The notes beneath the pieces are model-generated. The model was not told the origin of the DNA. It worked only from the letters and a program-made list of their open reading frames with translations, and did no database searches. Positions 26,899-36,173 of a stretch of 64,000 nucleotides of DNA are shown here, in pieces. Origin of the DNA: Pseudomonadota bacterium (GTDB taxonomy: Bacteria > Desulfobacterota > Desulfobulbia > Desulfobulbales > SURF-16); NCBI GenBank assembly GCA_018897105.1, contig JAHILF010000066.1, positions 15,021-79,020 of the forward strand, in the 5' to 3' direction. The translations under genes were made by a program, and so were the position numbers. The number at the start of each line of letters is the position of its first letter. Position 1 is the stretch's first letter.

Positions 26899-28794
26899 CT
26901 AAACCGGCAAACTTACCGTGATCGTGGTGCCTTCCCCCTCTTCACTATTAATATCAATAACCCCTTCCAGAATCCGCACCCGCTCCGCCATGGCCGCTAG
27001 GCCCATGCCGCTTTCAGATTTATTCCGATTCTGAAACTCCATCGTATTAAAACCAGTTCCGTTATCTTTCACAATGAGAAAGATACGATTTTTTACTTTT
27101 TCAATTTTAATGCTGACATGGGTGGCATTGGCGTGCTTGCCGATATTGTTGAGCGACTCCTGGACAATCCGGTATACCAGCCGCTGGCCCGCTTGACTGA
27201 AGAGATGATTGATCTCGATCAGATCAAGAGAAACCTCAATCTCATGCAGCTTGGCAAAATTGGTTATCAGATACTCAAGTGCCGCATCAATACCAAGATC
27301 ATCCAGGGCAACCGGACTGAGATCACGGGAAAGACGGCGCACATTCTCGATAATGAGATTAATGCTCTGCCGCAGTTCTTCGCACTCCTCCTGGAGCGTA
27401 TAAGGCACATCGTAGCCGAGCTGCTTCTCCAGGGCACCAACCTGGAGTTTCAGGGCGGCCAGGGATTGTCCCAGTTCATCATGCAGCTCCGCCGAAATTC
27501 GGCGGCGCTCATTTTCCTGAACCGTCAGCAGATTAATGGAAAGCAGATGAAGGGTTTCCTCCGATTCCCGCAGGGCCTCCTCAATTCTTTTCCGCACATG
27601 GATTTCCGCTTTGAGTTTTTCATTGGCGCTGGTCAGTTCATGGGTGCGTATATCCACCAGTTCCTCGAGCATCTGCTCGGCCTTTTTGCTTTTATAGGTG
27701 ACAACGGAAAGAATAATGACCGTGGCTTCCAGGGCCAGGGCGATGCCAAGCACGGTCAGTCCGGTCTTTTTGTATTTCCAGAGAATGGACTGCGGCTCAT
27801 CCGTGACCATGCTGCCCTCAGGCAGGACCTTGTAAGGGATGGCAAATCTTTTCATCCGGTTATAGTCAAAAATCAGGTGATTGGCGGTCGACTGCCGGGT
27901 GACGAAATTTTCAACAGGTTCGCCCATGAGAATATCAACAACCATCTTGGCCGCTGCCATGCCCTGGGCTCTCCCGTCAACCATCATCCCCCCTAAAACG
28001 CCACTCCCTAGATAAAACTGCCACATGGACAAAATGGGGACCCGGCATTTTGCGGAAATGAGCCCGATACTCCTGCCGTATGAAAAATTTTCCCCATTCT
28101 TGTCACGGGTAAAATTAACCAGCAGCACCAGGCCGCCTTCCTGCACCTCCCGCACCTTGTCCAGCAATTCCTCCATGCTGAGATCATCCCACAGATGGAA
28201 GGTCAGACGCCCGGCAAAGGCGATCATGCCGTCTTTGATTTTGTCATCATAAATCAGCCCGTCAACCGTGCGGTCATTAATGATGAAAATATCCTTTGTT
28301 TTGGGGTATAACTGGAGTCCCGCCTTAATAGTGGCCTCGATATCAATGTTTTCGCAGACTCCGACAAACCCCCCGGTCGGGGCATCCGGGTCATTGGGCC
28401 GGCAGCTCACGCCACAATAGAGAATAGGAGTCATGGGGAAAAGTACGGAATGGTACTGCTGGAGAAAAGTTACGGCGGCAGTATCCACGCCGATCACGGC
28501 AGAAAATTTCCTGTTACTGTACTTTTCAGTGAGAGAGCGGTAAATATGCTGGGAATTTTCCTTGCCGGGCTGGCGCAGATTGTCCATATATTCAATGTAT
28601 AATTCGATGTCCTGCCGGTCTTTGGCCAGCAGAACCTCCTCGATACCCTTATTGATATTTTCCACTCCGCCGAGACTGCTGTGGTAGGAATGCAAAATCA
28701 GAATATTATGGGGCGGAAGATGAAAATTCTGGGCATGTGCCGACGCCGATTGAACAGAAAACAGCAGAAAAATGAAGCTGAAATAGAAATGCAT
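26899..28794 (-). CDS. Sensor histidine kinase (HisKA_3/NarX type) with a periplasmic substrate-binding-protein-like domain
   Basis: Signal/TM segment MHFYFSFIFLLFSVQSASAHA. H-box ERRRISAELHDELGQ. HATPase GMGLAAMAERV. The track start at 28875 is probably an extension. Confidence 0.85.
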   Translation of the reverse strand: MHFYFSFIFLLFSVQSASAHAQNFHLPPHNILILHSYHSSLGGVENINKGIEEVLLAKDRQDIELYIEYMDNLRQPGKENSQHIYRSLTEKYSNRKFSAVIGVDTAAVTFLQQYHSVLFPMTPILYCGVSCRPNDPDAPTGGFVGVCENIDIEATIKAGLQLYPKTKDIFIINDRTVDGLIYDDKIKDGMIAFAGRLTFHLWDDLSMEELLDKVREVQEGGLVLLVNFTRDKNGENFSYGRSIGLISAKCRVPILSMWQFYLGSGVLGGMMVDGRAQGMAAAKMVVDILMGEPVENFVTRQSTANHLIFDYNRMKRFAIPYKVLPEGSMVTDEPQSILWKYKKTGLTVLGIALALEATVIILSVVTYKSKKAEQMLEELVDIRTHELTSANEKLKAEIHVRKRIEEALRESEETLHLLSINLLTVQENERRRISAELHDELGQSLAALKLQVGALEKQLGYDVPYTLQEECEELRQSINLIIENVRRLSRDLSPVALDDLGIDAALEYLITNFAKLHEIEVSLDLIEINHLFSQAGQRLVYRIVQESLNNIGKHANATHVSIKIEKVKNRIFLIVKDNGTGFNTMEFQNRNKSESGMGLAAMAERVRILEGVIDINSEEGEGTTITVSLPV

Positions 28795-28889
28795 TTTATA
28801 AAAAGACACGAATCGGCCTCGCCCCTGTTCAGCAAAAAAGAATGTTTTTTCGTTTGTCGCCCATGCCAGGCTCATGTATGGTGTGAATC

Positions 28890-30026
28890 ATGTTAGAAAA
28901 AGGTTACTATAATCATCTGAAAACAGATCCAGCAAGACATATCCGTAAAATTTTCATCGAGGAAAGCTGCAAGGATCTCTCCTATACCAGGGAAATCCTT
29001 GCCCGCGCAAATAATATTGCCGTTGAAATCATTGCCGACCGCGCCATTCCGCAAATCGATGCGGGGCCATACCCGCGCAGCCTGACAAAAGGGAAACAGC
29101 ATCTTCTCCTGTGCAGCAACCGGGGCAGTTTTTTTAAACCCTGTCCCGGCACCCGAGAATATTGCTGCTGCGATTACCAGGTGTTGAATATCGGCATGAA
29201 CTGCCCCATGGACTGCGTTTACTGTATTCTCCAGGCCTACCTCAATAATCCGTGGATTTCCTTTTTTGTCAATATCGATGATCTGATCAATGAACTTGAC
29301 CTGGCCTTTACCCATACAAACCAGTTCTGGCGGATCGGCACCGGCGAGTTTACCGACAGCCTGGCCCTGGACTCTTTGACCTGCCTGAGCAGAATTCTGG
29401 TGGAGTACATGCGGGACAAGCGTTCAGCCGTGCTCGAACTCAAAAGCAAAAGCGTCTCCATCGCCCATCTGGAAAATCTCGACCACGGCGGCCGAACCAT
29501 TGTCGCCTGGTCCCTGAACAGCACCGCCATCATGCAGAACGAGGAACTGAAAACCGCAAGCCTTGAGGAAAGGCTCGCAGCGGCTGTCCAGTGCGCCAAG
29601 TGGGGCTACAGACTGGCCTTTCATTTCGACCCCATCATCTATCACCCGGGCTGGCAGGAAGGATACGCGGCCACCATCCAGAAACTCTTTGATACCGTGC
29701 CGGCGGAGAAAATCGTCTGGATCAGCCTGGGGGCATTGCGCTTCCTGCCTTCCCTGCGCCCCACGGCCCTCACCCGTTTTCCGAATTCACAATTCTTTCA
29801 TGAGGAATTCATCATGGGCCTGGACGGCAAATGCCGGTATTTCCGCTCGCTGCGGGTGGAACTTTACAAACACCTGCTCCATCACCTCAGACAACGGGTC
29901 CATCCGGCCACCTGCCTCTATTTCTGCATGGAAAGCGAGGAAATATGGGAGGAATGCGGTTTTGCGCCGGGTCAGGCCAAGAGATTACCCCAGGCCCTTG
30001 ATGAGGCAGTTGCTTTTTCGCTTTAA
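28890..30026 (+). CDS. Spore-photoproduct-lyase-family radical SAM protein (SplB-like)
   Basis: NIGMNCPMDCVYCILQAY (CxxxCxxC). About 378 aa. Confidence 0.7.
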   Translation: MLEKGYYNHLKTDPARHIRKIFIEESCKDLSYTREILARANNIAVEIIADRAIPQIDAGPYPRSLTKGKQHLLLCSNRGSFFKPCPGTREYCCCDYQVLNIGMNCPMDCVYCILQAYLNNPWISFFVNIDDLINELDLAFTHTNQFWRIGTGEFTDSLALDSLTCLSRILVEYMRDKRSAVLELKSKSVSIAHLENLDHGGRTIVAWSLNSTAIMQNEELKTASLEERLAAAVQCAKWGYRLAFHFDPIIYHPGWQEGYAATIQKLFDTVPAEKIVWISLGALRFLPSLRPTALTRFPNSQFFHEEFIMGLDGKCRYFRSLRVELYKHLLHHLRQRVHPATCLYFCMESEEIWEECGFAPGQAKRLPQALDEAVAFSL

Positions 30027-30203
30027 AAATCGGATTAATTCCTTGCTTCTTTGCCGCTTTGCATATAATTTTTTTTGATTCGGTCGAAACGGCGGGACAT
30101 GATTGACTGATTGCGCTGCCGGCTGATGTAATTTATACTGTTGAATCTCGTTGAATCTTTTCATATCCTCATTATCTCATCGCCGTTTTTAAGGAGTTTT
30201 ATC

Positions 30204-30611
30204 ATGATTAATAAAGCCATCATCATCGGCAACCTGGGCTCAGACCCGGAAGTACGCTACACCCAGAGCGGTACGGCAGTGGCAAATTTCAATGTGGCCA
30301 CAACGGAAAAATGGAAGGGCCAGGACGGCCAGATGCAGGAACAGACGGAATGGCACCGAATTGTGGCCTTTGCCCGTCTGGCGGAAATATGCGGGGAATA
30401 TCTTTCCAAAGGCTCAAAGGTCTACGTAGAGGGACGCATCCAGACAAGGTCATGGAATGATAAGGACGGCAACAAACGCTCCACCACGGAAATCGTTGCC
30501 AAGGAGATGAAGATGCTTGATCCCAAGGGTGCATCATCCTCGGCGGCTGGCAATTACGCCGAGGAGCCGCCTCCGCCCGAACCACGCTTCGGTGATGAAG
30601 TCCCATTTTAA
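30204..30611 (+). CDS. ssb: Single-stranded DNA-binding protein
   Basis: [42 protein letters not shown], with the acidic tail ..FGDEVPF. The 21 upstream codons of the track ORF are not supported. Confidence 0.92.
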   Translation: MINKAIIIGNLGSDPEVRYTQSGTAVANFNVATTEKWKGQDGQMQEQTEWHRIVAFARLAEICGEYLSKGSKVYVEGRIQTRSWNDKDGNKRSTTEIVAKEMKMLDPKGASSSAAGNYAEEPPPPEPRFGDEVPF

Positions 30612-30639
30612 AAACTCGATTTTTCGACGTGCAGGATGC

Positions 30640-30945
30640 GGAAGCAGGAATTCAAGAAGTCAGAAATCAGGAGCCGGAATGAAGAAGTACGGAGCTAAGG
30701 GACTCGGAAAATGTTAATTTACCTGGATCGCGCCCGGATTTGGGTCAGATTTGGTTGCGCCGATTGAGCAAAACCGCAGGCGTAGCAGTGCTCCGGCGAG
30801 GATTTTGCAATTGAGGCACGGCCAAAGACCTCGGTACCCCCTTGTGGGGTGTGGCCTGAAGACGGGATGCGTTATGGTATTTTGGCATTTTCCGAGTCCC
30901 TAAAATCAGGCAACCCCGACTCCTGAATTCCGGTTCCTGACTATG
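30640..30945. repeat. MITE-like element with long imperfect terminal inverted repeats
   Basis: Perfect 16-bp arms AGGGACTCGGAAAATG (30698-30713) and CATTTTCCGAGTCCCT (30886-30901). Outer arms TCAGGAGCCGGAAT (30667-30680) and ATTCCGGTTCCTGA (30927-30940) match 13/14. No ORF lies inside. Confidence 0.6.
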
Positions 30946-32872
30946 ACGCATCCTCTTCCAGGACCTTCCGCACCTTGACCGCCAGCCCCTGGGCCGTAAA
31001 AGGTTTCTGGATGAAGTTCACCCCATCGTCAATCACCCCCCGGTGGGCGATGACATTGGTGGAGTAGCCGGACATGAAAAGCACCTTCATATCGGGGTTG
31101 CGCCCGGATATCCGATCACTGAGATCTTTGCCGTTCATACCGGGCATCACCACGTCGGTCAGCATCAGATGCACCGGCCCCTTGAAATTGTCCAGTAAGG
31201 TCAATGCCGCCTGACCGTTTTCCGCCACCAGCACCGTGTAGCCCTGCCGCCTGAGAATGGTGTGCGTGAAGTTTCTCAGCGGTTCGTCGTCCTCCACCAG
31301 CAGAATCGTCTCGTTGCCGCACAGGTCCGTGGGCTCCGCGGCAGTGCTTTTTCCCTCTTCGGGCGTGTCCCTGGCCAAGGGCAGATAGATATTGAAGGTT
31401 GTTCCCAGACCCGGCTCGCTGTATACCCAGATATTGCCGCCGTGCTGCTTGACGATACCGTATGAGGTGGCCAGTCCCAGGCCGGTTCCCTTGTCCTGTG
31501 ACTTGGTGGTGAAAAACGGCTCGAAAATGAGCGCCGCGGTTTCGTGATCCATACCGCAGCCGGTGTCGCTGACCCCGATCTGGATATACCTACCGGGGAT
31601 GACGCCGGGTTTCTGCGCCGCATAATGTTCATCCAGGTCGACCAGGGACGTCTCGATGATCAGTTTTCCGCCTTTCGGCATGGCGTCCCGGGCGTTGACC
31701 GCCAGGTTCATCAGCACCTGCTCCAATTGGGAGGTGTCCGCCATGACGGGAAGAGGCTGGGCCGGCTGCACCAGCTGCAACTCAATATCCTCACCGATCA
31801 CCCGACACATCAGCTTTTCAAACCCTTTTACCACCGTGGTGATATCCACCACATGCATTTCCAGCAGCTGTTTGCGGCTGAAGGCCAGCAATTGCCGGGT
31901 GAGATCCCTGGCGCGCAGAGAGGCCTGATAAATCTGCCGCAGCGGTTCATAGGAGGGATGCTCCTTATGCATGTCCACCATCACCAATTCCGCATAACCC
32001 AGGATAATGGACAGCAGGTTGTTGAAGTCATGGGCCACCCCACCGGCCAGGCGGCCTACGGCCTCCAGTTTCTGGGCCTGCATGAGCTGCACCTCCAGAC
32101 CTTTTTTTTCTCCCTCATCCTTCCTGCGCTGGCTGATGTCCCGCACAATGGCCCACATGCCGGAGGGCTGCCCATTCGACTCCCGCAGCAGATAGGTACG
32201 CAGCTCCACCGGGAAGATGCTGCCGTCCTTGCGGCGGTACTGTTTCTCGTACACCTCGGAATAGCCTAGGGGAATGATCTGCTCCACCACGATCCTCTTT
32301 TCCATATCCCGCCATTCAACCGGTGTCAGGTCCATATGTGACAGTTGGCGCAATTCCTCGTCCGGGTAACCCAGCATGCTCCGGTAAACCTTGTTCCATT
32401 CCAGGAGACGGCCCTCCATGTCAACTACCACAAAGGCGTCCGTCATGCTGTCATGCAGGCGTCGATAATTTGCCTCACTTCGGCGCAGCGAGTCCGCCAT
32501 CTGCCATTTTTCCGTGGCCCGCCGAATGGTCAGCAGCAGCTGTTCCATGTCACAGGGTTTCATGACGTAGGAATAGGCCCCCAGGTTGACCGCCTCTATA
32601 GCGGAATCCTGTGAGGCATGGCCGGTGAGCAGGATACATTGGGTATCGGGCCAACGCTCGCGGATCTGGCGCAGCACGTCCATGCCGGACATATCTTCCA
32701 GCCGCAGGTCGAGCAGAACGACGGGGAACTCCTGGCGAACCAGTTCCTCCAGGCCCTGTCGCCCGGTGCCCGCAGACACCGGGGCAAACCCTCTATATTT
32801 CAGTATATCCTCCAAGGTTTGACGCAGCATGGGTTCATCATCCACGATCAGGACGCGGACCGGCTCATTCAT
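30941..32872 (-). CDS. Hybrid sensor kinase: REC-PAS-HisKA-HATPase-REC
   Basis: VLIVDDEP..LLDLRLEDMSG; GGVAHDFNNLLSII; GTGLGLATSYGIVKQHGG; ILLVEDDEPLR..LTDVVMPGMNG. Confidence 0.9.
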   Translation of the reverse strand: MNEPVRVLIVDDEPMLRQTLEDILKYRGFAPVSAGTGRQGLEELVRQEFPVVLLDLRLEDMSGMDVLRQIRERWPDTQCILLTGHASQDSAIEAVNLGAYSYVMKPCDMEQLLLTIRRATEKWQMADSLRRSEANYRRLHDSMTDAFVVVDMEGRLLEWNKVYRSMLGYPDEELRQLSHMDLTPVEWRDMEKRIVVEQIIPLGYSEVYEKQYRRKDGSIFPVELRTYLLRESNGQPSGMWAIVRDISQRRKDEGEKKGLEVQLMQAQKLEAVGRLAGGVAHDFNNLLSIILGYAELVMVDMHKEHPSYEPLRQIYQASLRARDLTRQLLAFSRKQLLEMHVVDITTVVKGFEKLMCRVIGEDIELQLVQPAQPLPVMADTSQLEQVLMNLAVNARDAMPKGGKLIIETSLVDLDEHYAAQKPGVIPGRYIQIGVSDTGCGMDHETAALIFEPFFTTKSQDKGTGLGLATSYGIVKQHGGNIWVYSEPGLGTTFNIYLPLARDTPEEGKSTAAEPTDLCGNETILLVEDDEPLRNFTHTILRRQGYTVLVAENGQAALTLLDNFKGPVHLMLTDVVMPGMNGKDLSDRISGRNPDMKVLFMSGYSTNVIAHRGVIDDGVNFIQKPFTAQGLAVKVRKVLEEDAS

Positions 32873-32999
32873 GATAACCTCTTTATGTGGTAAATAGTCA
32901 TTTGGGTAAGGGAACCTCCCTTGGCGCCATCCGGCGGCAGGGTAAAATCGTCGAGCTTCCGGAGAAGTACGGCTAGAAGCAGCGGACAGCAGCTTCCAT

Positions 33000-35864
33000 T
33001 CATATCCTTTCCTGGTAAATCGGCAGATGGACGGTGAAAGTCGCGCCGCCGGCCGCTTCGTTTCTGGCCCCCATCAGGCCTTCGTTGGTTTCCACCAGCT
33101 TCCGGCTCACGGCAAGTCCCAGTCCGATACCACGCACCTTGGTGGTAAAAAGCGGCTCAAAGATTCTGGCCATATTTTCAGCCGGGATGCCCTTGCCCGT
33201 GTCCGTCACGCTAAAGACAACCATATCCTCCTCCCGACAGGCGGTCACCGTCAATGCGCCTCCGTCGGCCATGGCCTGGCAGCCATTCACCACCAGATTA
33301 CCCAGCACCTGTATCATCTGATGCCGATCCACATAGACGGGGGGCAGGTCAGGCGAAATATCCAGCTTTACGGTGATATTGCCGGGCGCAGGAAACCGTT
33401 CCAGGGTGTTTGCCACCAGTTCGACAGGGCTGACAGCTGCGCGTTCCACGGATTTGACCCGGGAAAAATCCAGCAGGTCGCTTAAAATCTTTTCGGCAAA
33501 GAATACCTCGTTTTGCAGAATACCGAGGTATTCCTTCACCTTCTCCTCCGCCTCGGGCTGAATCAGGCGCAGGTAATAAACCGCATTGGCCATGACGGTC
33601 AGGGGTTTGCGCAGCTCATGGCCGATGCCGCCCGCCAGCTGCCCCACTGCGGCCAGACGTTCCTGCCGGAGGAGTTTTTCCTGGGCCTCCCGCAGCTCAC
33701 GGGTGCGCTCGGTCACCCGCTGCTCCAGTTCGGCGTTGAGTCGGCGTACTTCTTCCTCCGCCATCTTCCGTTCGGTGATTTCCCAGGCCACATCCGCCAG
33801 GTAGGAGGCGATTTCCACATCTTTCGGCGTGTAATCAACAGACTTGTTGCCGATGCCGAGGATGGCCACCACCCGTCCGACTCGCAGAATCGGCACCACC
33901 AGCTCCCGCACGACCTCTGCGTGACCAGGCGGCATGCCCCTGCGATGCGGCAGCGAGGCATAATCATTATGAATCACCGGCTGCCGTTGCTGCACGCAGT
34001 CCACCCAGACCCCTGCCTGGTCGATGGAATAGTGCAGGCCTTTGCCCTCCGCCTTGCAGAATTCTCTACTCGTCCGGGTCGACCAGGCCTGCAGAGTGAG
34101 GGTTTTCTGATCACTTTCCACAAAATGATAAAAGCTGATGGAACTGCCGGTCAAGTCCTCCACTTCGTCCAGAATCTTCCGCAGCAGTTCTTCCAGGCGA
34201 TGAGCTGCGGCAAACTCCAATATCCGCACCCGGAGGCGCAGGAGATCCTCGGCAAACCTGCGGGAGGCCTCTGTCCACTCCACCCTGAGCCGCGCGTCGA
34301 GCACCGGCGCGATGGCCCGGCCAAGTGTCTCAAGGAGCGCCACATCTCCGGCCGTGTAGTCCGTTTCCTTGTTTGCCAGCTGGATGAGGCCCACCACCCG
34401 GTCCTGATGGATGAGCGGCATGGAAATATACCTGGTTATCGGCAGGTGACCGGCCGGGATGCGGGTCGCAGGCTCATTGCTCCAGATCGTCTGCTTCTCG
34501 CGCATGGCTCGGGGCCAGCTGCCGTCGCTCCCGAGCCAGGTCTCGCGGTGAAAAAAGCACGTATTGTCCGGCATCAGACACTTGTCCCGGACCACTTCCG
34601 TCATCGTCGGCGCGACGAAATTTCCCTCCGCATCCAGGTAGCCGAACACCCCCAGTCTGCTTTGCATGGCCTCCATGATGATGGCGAGGACCCGATGGTA
34701 CATCCCGTCATCGACAACCGTGAGAAAAACTTGGGCGATATCGTTTCTGGCGGCGACCTCCCGCATGGCGGCCTGGAGTTTTTCCTGGTTCTCCAGCTGC
34801 CTTGCCTTTGCCTGAAAAAGCTCACTATAATGGACTTTGGCCCGGCGCTGCCAGACCATGGCCACGCCGGCCACCAAGGCGGCCAGGACCGCCAGGATCA
34901 GCAGCATGATGAGCAGGGAAATCGAGCGCCAGGTATAAAAAACCTCCGCTGCATCGATCTTGGCCACGATAAACCAGGGAGAATCCGGCACGGCGCGCAC
35001 GGAGGACAACACCTCCACTCCGCGATAGTCCACACCCCGCAGGACTTCTTCTCCGCTCAGCACCCCCATGACCGCCGGCACATCGGTCCGGCTGAGCGGT
35101 ATGCGCAGTTTAAACGCCGTGTCCCTGCGGTGGCGCAGCTCATTGAGAAAGAGCACCGAGTCCGCCTCACGGCGGACGAGCAGGGTTTCGGCGCTGGGGC
35201 TCCGGCCGGGCCAGCTTTCGATCATGGGATAGAGGAACTGGCGGGCCTCGCTCTGCAAAATAACCGCGCCCACCGGCGCTCCCGCCCCGGCCGCATCGAC
35301 AAAAAGCGGGGCAATGGCATCCAGATGGGCCGCCAGGTCGCCGGGGCCGCTGTGCAGGTCGCTCAGCACGGGCCGCCGCCGGGAAAAGGCCTCGGTCAGG
35401 CACTGTAGCGTATCCTCATGGAGCTGAGCAGTCCCGCCGGTGAGAGTCAAACGCACCCCACCGTCAGCACCCACCAGCAGAACATCGCGGTAATGATAAT
35501 GTTCCTGCAGGGACCGGAAATGGACCAGAATGCTGCCGTTCGTTTCGGGCCGCGGGTCAGCCAGCCATTGTCTCAGCACATCGGCGACAAAGGGGCTTTC
35601 ACTGGCCAGGGCGGCATCCCCCAGCCGCTCGGACCGCCATTGGGCAATCTGCTCCACCTTCAACCGGGCGACGGCGGCCAGGTCCTCCTCAGCCCCGGCG
35701 CGCAGGTGCCGTTCCTGGCTGCGGTAGAACCAGACCCCGCCCGCAAGCAGAATCACCAGCCCGACAACAAACATCACCAGCAGCCACCGGGGGAAAGACC
35801 TGGATACGTTTCGCGCCATGCACTGTGTGTTGTCTGCCGGCCCCGGCCCGCCCTTGGTCAGCAT
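33000..35864 (-). CDS. Large sensor histidine kinase: extracytoplasmic Cache-like domain, TM, two GAF-like domains, HisKA, HATPase
   Basis: TM segments at about aa 25-45 and 315-335. PWFIVAKIDAAEVF is a Cache-type ending. GGIGHELRKPL is the H-box. GIGLGLAVSRKLVE. Confidence 0.85.
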   Translation of the reverse strand: MLTKGGPGPADNTQCMARNVSRSFPRWLLVMFVVGLVILLAGGVWFYRSQERHLRAGAEEDLAAVARLKVEQIAQWRSERLGDAALASESPFVADVLRQWLADPRPETNGSILVHFRSLQEHYHYRDVLLVGADGGVRLTLTGGTAQLHEDTLQCLTEAFSRRRPVLSDLHSGPGDLAAHLDAIAPLFVDAAGAGAPVGAVILQSEARQFLYPMIESWPGRSPSAETLLVRREADSVLFLNELRHRRDTAFKLRIPLSRTDVPAVMGVLSGEEVLRGVDYRGVEVLSSVRAVPDSPWFIVAKIDAAEVFYTWRSISLLIMLLILAVLAALVAGVAMVWQRRAKVHYSELFQAKARQLENQEKLQAAMREVAARNDIAQVFLTVVDDGMYHRVLAIIMEAMQSRLGVFGYLDAEGNFVAPTMTEVVRDKCLMPDNTCFFHRETWLGSDGSWPRAMREKQTIWSNEPATRIPAGHLPITRYISMPLIHQDRVVGLIQLANKETDYTAGDVALLETLGRAIAPVLDARLRVEWTEASRRFAEDLLRLRVRILEFAAAHRLEELLRKILDEVEDLTGSSISFYHFVESDQKTLTLQAWSTRTSREFCKAEGKGLHYSIDQAGVWVDCVQQRQPVIHNDYASLPHRRGMPPGHAEVVRELVVPILRVGRVVAILGIGNKSVDYTPKDVEIASYLADVAWEITERKMAEEEVRRLNAELEQRVTERTRELREAQEKLLRQERLAAVGQLAGGIGHELRKPLTVMANAVYYLRLIQPEAEEKVKEYLGILQNEVFFAEKILSDLLDFSRVKSVERAAVSPVELVANTLERFPAPGNITVKLDISPDLPPVYVDRHQMIQVLGNLVVNGCQAMADGGALTVTACREEDMVVFSVTDTGKGIPAENMARIFEPLFTTKVRGIGLGLAVSRKLVETNEGLMGARNEAAGGATFTVHLPIYQERI

Positions 35865-36173
35865 TCCGACTTTCCTTTGCGGTATTCAACCCCTGTGCCG
35901 TTTACAGAATCCAAATTGAACCCGAAGAAAGAAGACCGGTTGGAGATTTCAGTAAAACATAACATATCTATTATGTATCATGTTCGTGTCAGCTGGTGTC
36001 AAACGGTTTCTTTTTCATTTTCTCAGACTTTATTTGCCTGGAAACAGTAACACATTTATTTACTTGATCTTTGCGTCAATTCCATGCCAGAATAACTGAA
36101 GAGTTCGTAACTGAATATCTGCTCATTTACCCTTTCCATCCGGCAGCAAAGAATAATAGTGCGGTGTGCATAA

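Noticed and set aside
30714-30885. The interior of the inverted-repeat element as a known small RNA (6S, tmRNA, RNase P, tRNA).
   Set aside because: None of the conserved cores of these RNAs are visible (no T-loop GGTTCGAATCC, no tmRNA tag ORF, no RNase P P4 motifs). The size and shape do not fit 6S.
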